This document shows, one piece after another, positions 1 through 13,044 of a stretch of DNA of 64,000 nt. The notes below the pieces were generated by a model that made no database searches, was not told the origin of the DNA, and was given only the letters and a program-made list of their open reading frames with translations. Position numbers and translations under genes: made by a program. Source of the stretch: Raja brachyura (taxonomy: Eukaryota); the NCBI GenBank assembly GCA_963514005.1, contig OY740781.1, positions 178,064,001 to 178,128,000 of the forward strand, written 5' to 3'. How positions within the stretch are numbered: position 1 is the first letter of the stretch; every line of letters begins with the position of its first letter.

Positions 1-57
1 TGTGCTTACCAGTAACATCAAAATCTCATAAAAGGAACAAAAAAAGAAACATCTCCT

Positions 58-185
58 GTTTAAGAAGGAACTGCAGATGCTGGAAAATCGAAGGTAGACA
101 AAAGTGCTGGAGAAACTCAGCGGGTGCAGCAGCATCTATAGAGCGAAGGAAATAGGCAACGTTTCGGGCCGAAACCCTTCTTCAG
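58..185 (-). mobile_element. Penelope-like terminal-repeat insertion with hammerhead core (158-185)
   Basis: Minus strand reads CTGAAGA A GGGT TTCG GCCC GAAACGTT; 10-bp TSD AACATCTCCT at 48-57 and 186-195. Confidence 0.8.
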
Positions 186-325
186 AACATCTCCTATTTG
201 GTATAGCTTGCAATTCCAAATACACCCAGAAGGTGGCAGAAAGACTCCATGACAACATTAACATTTCTGTATTGCAAAACCCCTATCTGCTGATTTGCCT
301 AATTCCAAAACTTTGGTTCATAAAT

Positions 326-1885
326 CATTGGAGCAGATTTAGGCCATTCGACCCATCAAGTCTCCTCTGCCATTCAATCAATGCTGATCTATCTCTCCCT
401 CCTAATCCCCATAACCACTGACACCCGTACTAATCAAGAATCTATCTCTGCCTTAAATATCGATTGACTTGGCCTCCACAGCCTTCTGTGGCAAAGTATT
501 CTACAGATTTACCACCCACTGACTAAATAATTCCTTCAAATCTCTGAAAAGGTGCGTCCTTTTTTTCTGAGGATATGCCCTCTGGTCCTAGATTCTCAGA
601 CCATTGGAAACGACCTCTCCATGTCCCCTCCATCCAGGCTTTTCACTATTCGGTAAATTTCAATGAGTTCAGGTTTAATTCAATCATCTCCAGGATCTTT
701 ATCGTAAACCTCCTCTGGACACTCTCCAATACCAGCACATCCTTCCTCAGATATGGGACATGGATAAACTGCTCACAATACCCCAAATGAGGTCTGACCA
801 GTCCCTTATAAAACTTCAGAATTACCTCCCTGTTTTTTTGTATTCTAGCCCTTTCGAAATAAATGCAAACATTCCATTTGCCTTCCTTACTGCCAATTCA
901 GCTAGCAAATCAACATTTTGGGAACCCTGCACCAGTGCTACCAATCCCTTTGCACCTCTTTTTTTATGAATCTTCTCCCCAATTACAAAATAGCGTACGC
1001 CTGTATTCCTCTGCCAAAATGCATGACTGCTCTTTGCTACGCTGTATTCCATCTGCCACGTCTTTGCCCCCTTCTACCCAACCTATCCAAGTCCTTCTGT
1101 AGAGTCCCTGCTCTATACACTACCCTGCACCTATCTTCTTATCGTCCGCAAACTTGGCCACAAATTGCCTCGTCCAAAGCGATCTCCCCTTAAGAAAACC
1201 AGACTGACTTTGGCCAATTTTATCATGTGCTTCTAAGTACTCAGAAACCTCACCCTTTATAATGGACTCTAAAATCTTACTAAGTAGGCCCTGGCCTTTG
1301 GTTTCTCTTCCTGCTTCGCTCTCTTCTTAATCAACAGAGTGATATTTGCAATTTTCCAATCCTCTAGAACCACTCCTGATTCTTAAATATTCACCACCGA
1401 TGCCTCCACAATCACAAAAGCTACCTCTTTCAGAAATCTGGGGTGTAGCCACCTGATTGAGGTGACCTATCAACCTTCAGACCTTTCAACTTCCCAAGCT
1501 CCTCATTAGTAATAACTGTTCCAGTAACGTTTGCCCCAGACTCTCTTGAATTTCGGGCACGTTGCTGATGTCTTCCATCAGCCGTAAAGACTGACACAGT
1601 CTTCTTTCTTTATTTTGTATCTTTATTCCCCATTATCACTTCTCCAGCGTCATTTTCCAGCAGTCCTATGTGCATTCTTGCCTCTCTTACTCTATGTATC
1701 TGAAGAAACTCTTTCTATCCTCATATTATTGGCTAGCTTATCTTCATTTTTCTCTCCGTATTGCCTTTTTAGCTGCCTTCTGTTGGTTTTTAAAAGCTTC
1801 CCAAACCTCTAGTTTCCCACTAATCTTTGCAATATTATATGCCTTCTCTTTTAGTTTTATGCTGTCTTTGACTTCCACTTATCCT
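326..1885 (-). mobile_element. Decayed CR1-type LINE fragments
   Basis: Minus-strand peptides ([19 protein letters not shown]) match the CR1 ORF2 C-terminus seen at 10132-10728; 3'UTR-like sequence at the left end. Confidence 0.8.
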
Positions 1886-2064
1886 ATTTGAATATATTAA
1901 ATCCGTGAACCTCCATAGATTTCTTGGTTAGAGAGTCCTGAGAATGTAGACATTTCTTGTCGCCTCAGTCCCTTATTTTTAGACTTTAGTTCCTGAGCCT
2001 AAAAACCACAGGTGGCAGAAAGAACATCCTTGTATCTACCTTGCCATGTTATTCTTGTGCATAA

Positions 2065-2307
2065 AGGGCTGCACCTGACTACGGAGTGCTTGTCTGTACA
2101 GCGTTTATACGTTCTCCCCGTAACCTTCTCCGAGATTTTCGGTTTCCTCCCACACTTCAAAGAAGTACAGGCTTGTAGGTTAATTGGCTTGGTATAAGTG
2201 TAAATTGTCCCTAGTGTGTGTAGGATAGTGTTAATGTGCGGGGATCGCTGGTCGGTGCGGGCTTGGTGGGCCGAAGGGCCTGTTTCTGCTCTGTTTCTCT
2301 AAACTAA
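2065..2307 (+). mobile_element. 5'-truncated tRNA-derived SINE with CR1-like tail ending (AAACT)n
   Basis: Same body as the minus-strand copies at 11657 and 58215; tail GGGCCGAAGGGCCTGTTTC...CTAAACTAAA. Confidence 0.75.
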
Positions 2308-5300
2308 ATTACAGTAAAACTCTGAAAATCGTCAATCCGAATATTTGGAAACCGCAATGGTTCAGCATCTTGTTGAATTGCTGCTGTTTCCAGGACTTTT
2401 AAATTGAGTTTACGCACAGGTATCCACGCTCTCTTTAAATTCTCTGGCACCCCACTGCACTCCATTAAATACACTGGGGCACTGATTCCCAAAATCCATT
2501 GAAACTCCTACACGGTCTTGCTTCCCACAATCATTTTATACTCGCTGACTTTTGTTTCCTTTGTTTTCTTCAAACTCTGCTGGTTAACTGAAAAAAAATT
2601 TGTACTGATTAACCTCTGAGAACCGCAAATTAACAATGATTTGGTGTATTTATATGAGTAACATTCAGAAGTCCAGAAAATGTCTTAGTCTGGCATTACC
2701 ACAATCCAAGAGAGTTTTTCAAAATTGTGGCCTTCTGCAATCAAAGGTTTTATTCTGCAATGCACACAATGGAGTTGACGATTGATCTGCAGATTTAGAA
2801 TGTTTTCAGTAGCATTATTTGTAGTGTGTTCTTCCATCAGAAGGGAGATTCTGCTCTGAAGAAGAGACAATTTGGAGACGGGATGAAAGACCAGTGTTCC
2901 AAATACCTCTTTGTTTATCAAGAAATGTGGGTGCCTTTGGTTGTGTTCGAGTACAATAGCATTTTGTTTCACGTGGGTTTTGTACTGTGGGAAATACTGA
3001 AACCAACCATGCTCATTGCCTTTTTAATATCCTTTCAGTCAGATGAGCCAGTGTTAAGCATTCCAAGATACTTGATCACACTTGCCCAATGTATTTCTCA
3101 AATTTAAAATATATGATTTAAATGACAGCATTGTAGATCTTATCACAGATTTCATCTTGTGGAGCACACAATTGCTAGTAATCTCCAATCTAAGTTTTGG
3201 GAAACTTTAAGCAACTTTGCCAGTTAGTGTCTGGCTAACAAAAGCACTCGGACTACTGTCATTTTCAGCAGTTTCATCCAGTGGTCTGTCGGCATACATG
3301 ACAAGCAATGTCGGTCTTTGAAGGATTTTTTTTAATGGACATTTTTCTATTAAAACAAACGTCGCCCATGAGCATCAGCAAAATGAAGACTTTCTTGCAT
3401 TTGAGAATGGGTTATCATGGATTAGTGTATTATTCTGAAAGTACAGACTTTGATTCCATACTGAGTTTATAACAAACTTGCATGATTAAGATCGCCAAAC
3501 TAAATTGTGTTGCATTAATTAACTTATTACTGCAATTATTTGATTTGGAACCTTCAGAGGTGGTAAAGGAACAAGTAAACCTTTATAGGACTGTAGTAAA
3601 ACGTGCTTCTTATTTATCTGATAAGATCACAGGAGTTCTACTTTTTTCAAAAATATGGAATGGTTATAGTACACATAGTCATTTGACACATCAGTGGTCT
3701 GTAGGAGGAATCTATTTAGTCTAAGACCTCCATGCTCCTAAACTCTTGCCAGCAACTTATTTTGAGACAGTTACCCATCTCCCTTTGTATGCAACAATTG
3801 AGTTTGTTTCTAGTAATAATATCACAATTTCAAACCCTAATTACTCAATTTGAATTTTATTAAACTATTTTAGTTTTTATTAATTGCCTTTTTTGCGTAT
3901 TATCTGGTTCTCGATCTTTCTGTTAAAGAAAACACCTATCTAATCACTAATCTAATCAGATTCATCCAATCTCCTCTATTCAGAGAGCAACCTAGCTTCT
4001 CATTTTTTACCTCTTAACTAATATATCCCCTCACTGAAATCAAATTTGTTACACCTTTCTGCATGCTTCTAATGCCTTTGCTTCTTTCCGCAAGAGTGTT
4101 GCTTAGAACTGAACACGATAGTCCAGATGTTGAATTAGTTATATATCACTCAAATACACCTGGACCATTTCCGACACTTTCTAGGAGTAGCCTCTTCACT
4201 GATAAGTATGTCTCCTTACACTAAGGGATGCACTCCAAGTTGCCAGCTATGGCATAATGATGGAGTTCTGTCACTACTGGGGCACCCATTGAATGAATGT
4301 CGCAAAAGCTGCAAGCAGTATTGCATGCGGTTTTTGTGGTGGACTCTGGATGTAGGAAAGTGTTTCAACAATCTAATTGTTTCTGAAGGTGCATGGTTAA
4401 ACCGGCACAGAGTGTCCTTTTAAATTGCAAACCAAGCAACAAATTAACACAATGTGCTAATAATTCCACTAACACTGTTTCGCAGCAGTTTTGGTGTGGT
4501 GTTTCCTCCTTCAATTTCAGTTGGTATGGGGAAAATTTAATGTTAAGCAAATGATGCTGTCATTTGGTGAAAGCCTGAGGTTGAATATGTGCCAAGTCCA
4601 ATTTAATATTGGGTGCAATTTCAATCGGAAATGACCTCCAACACGGCACACTTCAGATAAAATGGAAATTGAACTTTGTACTGTTGAAGCAATAGGTGCT
4701 ATCTAGGCTTTTGTACATACAGATGGCTGTAAAGTAAATACTAGTTAGGAAGAATTAAAAAATATTATTTTGCTCAGTAGTACATCCAATTTAGTAATAT
4801 TTTGTAATTGATTTGGCCCAATCACTTTCTACCTTTTGTGACTTAAATGGTTTGCATTCCTGTTTCAATCTTGTATTTAAGAGTGTTACAGAAGTTTCAA
4901 ATAAAAATAGCAAATGCTGGAAACTCTCAGCAGATTGGATGGCCACGGTAGAGAGAGAAATGAAGGTAATGTTTCAAGTTAATTACCTTTCACTTGTTGT
5001 GAACCAAGTATTTAACATTTCCACAGCTCGTGGCACTTTTCTGGATTTCCACTTAAATAGCATACACAAAAATGCAAGCATTCACGCATCAGTTTGTGTT
5101 TTAATTCTTCCCATTGTATTGTAATAATCCAACAGTACTGCACGCAAATTAGATAAAAATTTGAGAAATTAGTGCAGAAGAGGAAAGCAGGACAATATTT
5201 TACGCAGGATAGTCCGGGGCTTCGAGTCGTATGGTTTGTGTTCTGAATATTACCAAAGTTCAGAAATTCTCGTATAACTTCCCTCTTAAAGTTATCGTTT

Positions 5301-5382
5301 GAATGTTGGAATATCGGTTTCCGTTTCCCTAAACGGTATCTTAGCTACCTGCCCAGTTAACAGTTGGATTTGGGAGAACTAA

Positions 5383-5710
5383 TGGCCCTGTCTCACGATG
5401 AGAGTTCATTCAAGAGCTCTCCCGAGTTTAAAAAAAAATCAAACTTGTGGTAAGCACGGAGAATGAACGTAGTGGATACGTCGGAGCTCGTGGACGTCTC
5501 TTAGCGGCTCGTAACCCTAATGGCAGGTACTCGGGAAGACTCGCTAATGGCAGGTAAGCTTGGGAAGACTTGTAAAGATTTTTCAACATGTTGAAAAATG
5601 TCCACGAGTGCCCGGAGTATCGACGAGCGGCCATTACTATAAATCTCCGAGTTCGAATCAGGGCAAACTCAGGAGAAATCTTTGAATTAATTCGTACAGT
5701 GGGACGGCTT
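5383..5710. mobile_element. Harbinger/PIF-like MITE
   Basis: Imperfect TIRs (GGCCCTGTCTCAC...TTCAA / TTGAA...GTGGGACGGC), TAA on both flanks, CpG-rich, internal 22-bp palindrome at 5578-5599. Confidence 0.7.
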
Positions 5711-7855
5711 TAACAAATGGCTTGGGACATTATGTTCGATCAGTTGCTCAAATAAACAAAAAAAATGATAAACTTGACTAGCCATGCAACTATATAATTG
5801 TTCAATTATATTTTTCACTACATTTAATTCTCTGGTGTTGTTACATGTGTGTGTTTGTTCATTTTGTTTTAGTTGCAACCTGTTATCTGGACTCTTTGTT
5901 TTGATTAAAACAAAGAATTACAATTCTACGGGTCTCTTACTGACGTTCACAGTGATAATATTTGTGGCACTTGAAATAAAGATGAGAGGAAATCCTATTT
6001 TAATCCTGAGTGATGAAAAATAAGATTTGTTCTCTGCTTTCACTCTATTCATGAGTTAAATGCACCTGCATGTGATAGATTTGGGTCATTGAGTTGCCTT
6101 GAAACACAAGGCAATGTAGGAAGGGCGTGGTTCAAAATGAAAATCTTTTGTTCAAAAGAATGGATATATTAAACTGTCTTTATTTTGTAAAGTTAAAATT
6201 GATTTTTTATTCATAAATTACAGAAAGGAATAATATATTCTTGACTGTCCTGAGTAAATATTATATTGTGTGGCTTGTGCATCATTTAGAATTATCCCAG
6301 GCCTTTGTTACTTATTCGATTAAACTTGGCCTACAAGCAATAAGTTCAAGCTCTTGGTTTTTCAATCTTTTTTTAAAGATCTTTTCAGCCATGTACGGCA
6401 TTGCAATTGAAAGAAGGTTATGGTGTATTAATCATATAGCCAAAGTGTAAAGAAGTAGTTAACATTTCGAGGTACTTTTATGAATAGCTCCTAAAGGTCA
6501 ATGCTGGTTTAACAAATAATTTGATTGTATGCCTTTCTGCCCTGTTCTTCTGTTTACTTCATATTAGTATGTTATCAACTTTGGAGCATGTGGAAAGCTG
6601 AATGGGACAAACGGTGTTGTTTATGCTAACAGTTTTTGAGAAATGTAGTCCACTTCTTTCTTCAACCTAATTTTATTGGTAAAGTTAATGCCATAATGTT
6701 GCATTAATAGCACAGATTCTAATTTCCACCATATGCAAAAATACATTGTGGGTTTACATAACTGTCTTGGCAAATATGTTTTAAAAATACATCAATGGTA
6801 AAATGTAAGTTGAGCCGCAGAAGTCGAAAGGAGGAGAAATGATCAATAAAAGCAGACAATGAAGAGGTTTTAAGGATTTTAAGGTAGATAAAAAGAGGTG
6901 GAGAAAAGCTTAGGAAGGGAAGGAAAACAAAGTTTGCTAGGGGATGGGGAAGGACAGATAGAATGTGATAAAAGCAGCTGCTTTTCTTACCGACTTCAGA
7001 TTTAAGCTTGGAGTTGAATTTTGAAAGCAAAGGAAGTCAATGATAGGCACAGAGAGAAAAGGTGATGGAGAGGCAAGGTTGGGAGAAAGTAGGTGGTTTT
7101 ATAGGGAAGGAAAGATGATTACGGTTTGATGAGTGTGCACAGCCATTTTGCATGTTGTAGTGTATTCAGAATTTTATTTGGGAACATGGCCACTGCTGGC
7201 GAGGCCACAGATACAATAAAGAATCTGCCCTGTTACCTGTTTCTGAAATCTGACTAAATAGGAACAGGAGGAGGTCACTGGCCCATCACGAAAGCACCTG
7301 CCAGTCAACACGATTGTGGCTGATCAGTCCTAGGCTTCTTTGTGGCTTCTGTGCTAGTTCCCTGTGACCCTCAGTTTTTTGGCCTTTCAAAAATGCATTT
7401 ATTTTTTTAAATGTCCCCATGATGTAGCCTCCACAATCGCGTGGCGTAGAAAATTCCAGAGATTCACTATCCTCAGTGCAATCTTGTAACTATGCCTTTT
7501 AGTTTGCGATTCTCTCAGGAGTGGAAACATCTCCGCAGCTGCCCTGTCTCTGACCCGTGGGATTTTAAATGTTTTGGTAAAATCACCCCGTTGAGCATAA
7601 AGAGTTAAATGAAGCTGTTGGATACTGTTGATTAATGTGAACAGCATTGGTTGAAACCAATTATGGTCATTCTTCTGACTTGTAAACATTGCATTCTGCA
7701 TGTTATGGGTTTTATTTTGTTGCATTGCCAGTAGCCATTTTTGTGTGAAATCTCTACTTGCCAGGTAAACCTTCACAAGTACAAAATAAAATAATGCCAG
7801 CATGGTCTAAATTTACAAAACTTTAATCCATTTATTGTTTTTAAAGGAACCTGTA

Positions 7856-7948
7856 ATGGCAGAGGCACAGGCTAGAGATTCTGCAGCTGAAATTCCTGTC
7901 ACCAGCAATGGAGAAGTAAGTGATTCACAAGAGGAACGTTTTAAGTGG
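7856..7948 (+). CDS. ARFIP1: Arfaptin-1, first coding exon (MAEAQARDSAAEIPVTSNGEVSDSQEERFKW); exon starts about 7847 with a 9-nt 5'UTR part
   Basis: Acceptor tttattgtttttaaAG ends at 7846, ATG at 7856, 31 codons, donor GTATGA at 7949. SAAEIPVTSNGEV matches the vertebrate arfaptin-1 N-terminus as I recall it. Confidence 0.93.
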
Positions 7949-8241
7949 GTATGAATGCATTTTTTGTATTTATTGTTTGTATTTATTATGCATAGCATAA
8001 CACCAGCTGCACTCTTACTTGGCCACTGATAATATTATGTCCTGTACCAGATCCAAATTCTGACATTCATCCATGTTAACAAGCGGTTCCCCACTTTTTT
8101 GTCTCCATTATTTGTCATGTAGACTTAGTCTGCAATTCCTTTGCAATCTTTCCTCTCTTTAAATACATATTTCAGTCTGATTTTGGCTAGATTTGAAATG
8201 GTCCATATGTACAGCTATTCAATTAATTGGTTTTGGGCATT

Positions 8242-8345
8242 TGGGTCTGAAGGAGGGTGTCAACCCAAAACGTCACCCATTCCTTCTATCCGGAGATGCT
8301 GCCTGTCCCGATGAGTTACTCCAGCATTTTGTGTTGACCTTTGGT
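8242..8345 (+). mobile_element. Penelope-like terminal fragment with degenerate hammerhead
   Basis: TGGGT CTGAAGGA GGGTGTCAACCC AAAACGTC ACCCA, followed by the family tail GATGCTGCCTG...TTACTCCAGCATTTTGTG. Confidence 0.7.
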
Positions 8346-9965
8346 GTTGGGTATTGTCTTATACCCAAAAATAAAAAGCTCTTCAAATCATATAAGATTT
8401 GTTTTTAGAATAGAAGAAATGTGAATGAGAGAGAAGTTTTATTTGTACAATGCAGGAGGTAATAACAAATAAATAGTAAAGGTTGATGAGGGCTTTTCAG
8501 GCCACACCTTATGTAAGGAAGCGGACAACTTGGGTGAGGTAGATCTTGAGATGAAGTTGATATGTGTGTGTGCTTCAGGCCTGGATGAGGCAGTTTCCCC
8601 CCTCCTTTTATCCTTTATTGTCTCATGAGGTTGATCAATCTAATCCCACTCCACCATTTACATAGGAATCCAAAATGAATAAATTAATGTCTGCCACCTT
8701 AAGCAATAGTGGTTGGTGATTTGTATAATAGTGGTTTGTACATGGTACTGGAACTTGTGCTGAGGGCAAGGCCAGGAATTATTGCTGGCAATGATGATGC
8801 AAGTGATTGAGCTAAGGGAGGGCTCACTCAGTGGCATAGAGAAGGGAGAAATTAATTCCCGCACTTCTGTGGTAAATGGAGATCGACTGATTTTCACCCA
8901 CGTTGTGATGTAATGAAGGCCTGGAACTGAGTTGAGAATAAAATTAGAAGCTTGGGCTAAATTAAAATTCAAGGTGATTTTGGCTATTAATTAATGGAAT
9001 TGGTGAAATATCTTTCATTGATCACATTATTAATTTAAAATATAATAGACTTGTTCCTTAAGTGACCCATACTAATAAAGAACTGAGATTTGTGTGGTCC
9101 CTGTGGTCGATGAGCACTTTGAGAAATAAATTATTGTTTTTTTTTAATTTACCAAGCTGACACTCATGAACTGCATTCTAGTTGGAAATATTGAAGGACC
9201 CTTTAGACTAAAATCAATGGAGTGCATTTTGTTGGCGTGATTATTATTTATACTTTTTCATTATGTATGCTTCAATTACATGAAGCAATGATACCTTAAT
9301 TTTCTTACTCTTATGAGTCTGAAAATACATACATAGCACACATAGTCAGAAACAGGAGCAGAATTTCGATTGACCTCTTAAGTCTGATAATGTCTCACCA
9401 GAGGCAGAGAGCTGTGCAGCCACATATTGACTTATGAGAAGTGCCAAGAGCCTTCAAGGCAGTTTTTGATCTTGCCGGAAATGTACTATGCAACAAAGGA
9501 GGATGTAAAATTGAGTTTGTATGAAAAATGGTGCCTAAAGTGGTTAGCTGTAAAAACAATTAGATAGATTGATTTACACCACATTGTTCACTGTTCTTCC
9601 CAATCCCCTTCCTCATCTCATTCAGTCTAAACCATGCACTGTTTGCAGTTTAGATGTTCTCAATTTCAATTAATCTTTTGCAAGCTAATAATTACAATTC
9701 ACTTTGTATTAATTGATTTTCTTTACGGTTTCAAATTTAAGCACTAGATAACTATGGAACTGTGATTTAAATAACTAATGGAAACTGGTCTGCAGAGTTA
9801 AGCTATTTGGTTATGATTAGGCAAATTAAAGATGCCGCCTTTCTATATGCTGGATATGTGGTAAAATAATGATTGGACATTAGATTAATAATTTAAAATA
9901 AATTGTTATGACTACATTTTTATGATTGGTCAAAGAACTTTGACCAATGGTTTAAATTGCCCATA

Positions 9966-10871
9966 GCTCACTACAGATCTAATTTGTTTTGTGCGGAGCG
10001 TGCTATGAGAATGCAGGGTGACTTGGACAGGTTGGGGGAGTGGGCAGATGTATGGCAGATGAAGTTTAATGCGGATAAATGTGAGGTTATCCACTTTGGT
10101 AGCAAAAACAGGAAGGCAGATTACTATCTAAATGGTGTCAAGTTGGGTAAAAGGGGAAGTACAACGGTATCTGGGGGTCCTTGTACATCAGTCTATGAAA
10201 GTAAGCATGCAGGTACAGCAGGCAGTGAAGAAAGTGAATGGCATGTTGGCCTTTATAACAAGAGGTATCAAATATAGGAGCAAAGAGGTCCTTCTGCAGT
10301 TGTACAGTGCCCTAGTGAGATCACACCTGGAGTATTGTGTGCAAATTTGGTCCCCTAATTTGAGGAAGGATACTCTTGCTATTGAGGGAGTGCAGCGTAG
10401 GTTTACTAGGTTAATTCCTGGGATGGCGGAACTGTCATATGCTGAGAGAATAGAGCTGCTGGGCTTGTACACTCTGGAGTTTAGAAGGATGAGAGGGAAT
10501 CTCATTGAAACATGTAAGATTGTTAAGGGCTTGGACACACTAGAGGCAGGAAACATGTTCCCGATGTTGGGGGAGTCCAGAACCAGGGGCCACAGTTTAA
10601 GAATAAGGAGTAAGCCATTTAGAACGGAGACGAGGAAACACTTTTTCTCAGGGTGGCGAGTCTGTGGAATTCTCTGCCCCAGAGGGCGGTGGAGGCAGGT
10701 TCTCTGGATGCTTTCAAGAGACAGCTAGATAGGGCTCTTAAAAATAGCTGAGTCAGGGGATATGGGGAGAAGGCAGGAACGGGGTACTGATTGGGGATGA
10801 TCAGCCATGATCACATTGATTGGCGGTGCTGGCTCGAAGGGCCAAATGGCCTACTCCTACACCTATTGACT
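9966..10871 (+). mobile_element. 5'-truncated CR1 LINE (RT C-terminus plus 3'UTR)
   Basis: WQMKFNADKCEVIHFG, LVRSHLEYCVQIWSP, VQRRFTRLIPG and SRTRGHSL motifs with frameshifts; TSD ATTGCCCATA at 9956-9965 and 10872-10881. Confidence 0.92.
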
Positions 10872-11082
10872 ATTGCCCATAAAGTGGTGGCAGTGAACTG
10901 CTGCAAATTAGAGAAACCTAACACTGAAAAAAAGGTCAGTTAAAGAAATGAATGAGAAATGGATGGCCAGAGATCGAATGAAATCAGGTGGTTAAAGATT
11001 TTTTTAAAGTTACTGTGATTGGGGAAGGGAATAATAAAATTGCAACAAAAAAAAATATGATTGAAATATACAGAATTTTTTT

Positions 11083-11446
11083 TTTTGAGGAGGTAACAGG
11101 CAGGATGGACAAAGGAGAGTCAGTAGCTGCTGTTTACTTCGATTTTCAGAAGGTCTTTGATAAACTGCCACACGTTATGCTATTACCAGTAAACAAGATA
11201 GAAGCCCGTGGTATTAGAGGCAGATTGGCTGACTGGCAGAATGTCAAGAGTGGGAATAAAAGAGTCGATGGATATTGTAAATATTTTTCGGTTATTTTTT
11301 AATAACCAAGGGAGAGATTCTTGAATAGTATGAGTGTCAGGGTTTATGGGGAAAAAGGCAGGAGTATAGGGTTAAGAGGAAAAGATAGATCAGCCATAAT
11401 TGAATGGCAGAGTAGAATGGCCTAATTCTGCCCCTACACTTATGAA
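11083..11446 (+). mobile_element. CR1 LINE fragments
   Basis: FFEEVTGRMDKGESVAAVYFDFQKVFDKLPH RT motif plus a 3'UTR piece. Confidence 0.8.
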
Positions 11447-11656
11447 CACGAACTCGAGCAGCATTCCACCTTTTTAAGCTGCGATATGAAGTACGAATTC
11501 AAGTGTTTTGTAGCTCTGTTCTGAAGATTTTTCATTTAAAAAATACTTGCAATCTAAAAGCTTTTACTCACCTAAGGTAAATAGATCTTGTCATTACCGG
11601 ACTAATTGGCTAGCATGCAATAGCCGATCTACAGATCTGTAAATAGTAAAATCTCA

Positions 11657-11955
11657 GTTTAGTTTAGTTTTAGTTTACTTCAGCGATACAGTGTGGAAGC
11701 AGGCCCTTTAACGCACTGAGTCCATGCCGGCCAGCAATCATCCGTACACCAGTTCTACCCTACACACAAGGTACAATTTACAGAAGCCAATTAACCTACA
11801 AACCTGCGCATCTTTGGAATGTTGGGGGAAAGTGGAGAAAAACCATGTGGTCACAGGGAGAATGTACAAACTCTGTACAGACTGCACCCATAATCTGGAT
11901 CAAACGTGCATCTCTGGCGCTGAAAGGCACAACTCTACCTCTGTTGCACTGTGCA
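11657..11955 (-). mobile_element. tRNA-derived SINE, near full length
   Basis: (AGTTT)n tail at the left; minus-strand head with degenerate A and B boxes; matches other copies in the window. Confidence 0.75.
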
Positions 11956-12171
11956 TAGCTATTCACATGAATCCCCTTTAGCATGTTTCTGTATACAGTG
12001 GATGGCTGACTAGTTAACATGCAACAAAGGCTTTTCACTGTACTTCTGTACACGTGACAATAACCTAAACTAAACTAGCTCGAAAATCGACTAGTTAACA
12101 GTGCAACTTGTCTGTAATTATGCTGCTGGCCTTGCCAAGGCAGCATGAGGTGTAAATGGAGTAAATAGAAG

Positions 12172-12263
12172 GTAGACCCAAAAAGCTGGAGTAACTCAAT
12201 GGGACAGGCAGCATCTCTGGAGAGAAGGAATGGGTGACGTTTCGGGTCGAGACCCTTCTTCAG
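12172..12263 (-). mobile_element. Penelope-like terminal insertion with intact hammerhead core (12236-12263)
   Basis: Minus strand CTGAAGA A GGGT CTCG ACCC GAAACGTC; TSD ATAGAAG at 12165-12171 and 12264-12270. Confidence 0.8.
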
Positions 12264-13044
12264 ATAGAAGAGAGGCTGGTTTGTGTGATGGTCTGGGCTG
12301 CGTCCACAATTTGTTGCAATTTCTTACGGTCTTGTATGGAGCTGTTCCCAAACCAAGTCAATTTGTAGGATTTTACAGAGCCAGCACTGGTGAATTTTTC
12401 CCAGTGACTTCAGATGCTGGTAACTGAGAGTAACTAGGGCCGCCTCTAATAACCAGAAAGTGGTATCTGATCTCAGAAATCTCTAGGAAGGCAGAGTCAT
12501 TGTTATCTGATAAACCCTGAGTTTTATGCCAGGTAAATTGACCACAGCTTGTGCTAGTGCTCTGAAGGTGGAGGTGAATTTCATCATCAATCTAGCCTTA
12601 GCCAAGATGCACTCCCAAGATATAGGGTCTTCTCATGAACCTTTGTTGTTGGAGCAAGGTGGTTGGTTTGAGAGAGGGCCTTGGTTTTAAAGATGCAGTG
12701 TGTGCCCACCCTCTCTTATACAATTCAATTACTAAGGGGTGTGTGTGAACTTTTTTATGAAGTGTAGCTGCTGCCATCAGTTTCACATTGGCTCTAAATG
12801 TTAATTTCACTCTTGCAGAAAGTATGTTCGAGGTGAGGTTCAGCACTATTTGAGAAAGATTGAGTAAAGTGCCGTGGCAATGATTCAGCCCTGTTTGATG
12901 CAAGTCTTCACTGAGATTACATCTGTTGTGAACTGAATGGTTAGTAATATAGCTTGAGGGTGTTTGTCACATGTACCAGAAACAGAACAATTAAATTATT
13001 GCTGCACCTAGTACGATTGTTATTAATTAATTTTATTATTGAGG

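Noticed and set aside
2685-4700. Possible TIGD4 or other transposase remnants, or ARFIP1 5' non-coding exons
   Set aside because: No recognisable motifs in any frame, so I cannot support a call without alignment.
10132-10728. 198-aa ORF as a host gene
   Set aside because: It is a frameshifted, 5'-truncated CR1 ORF2 fragment.
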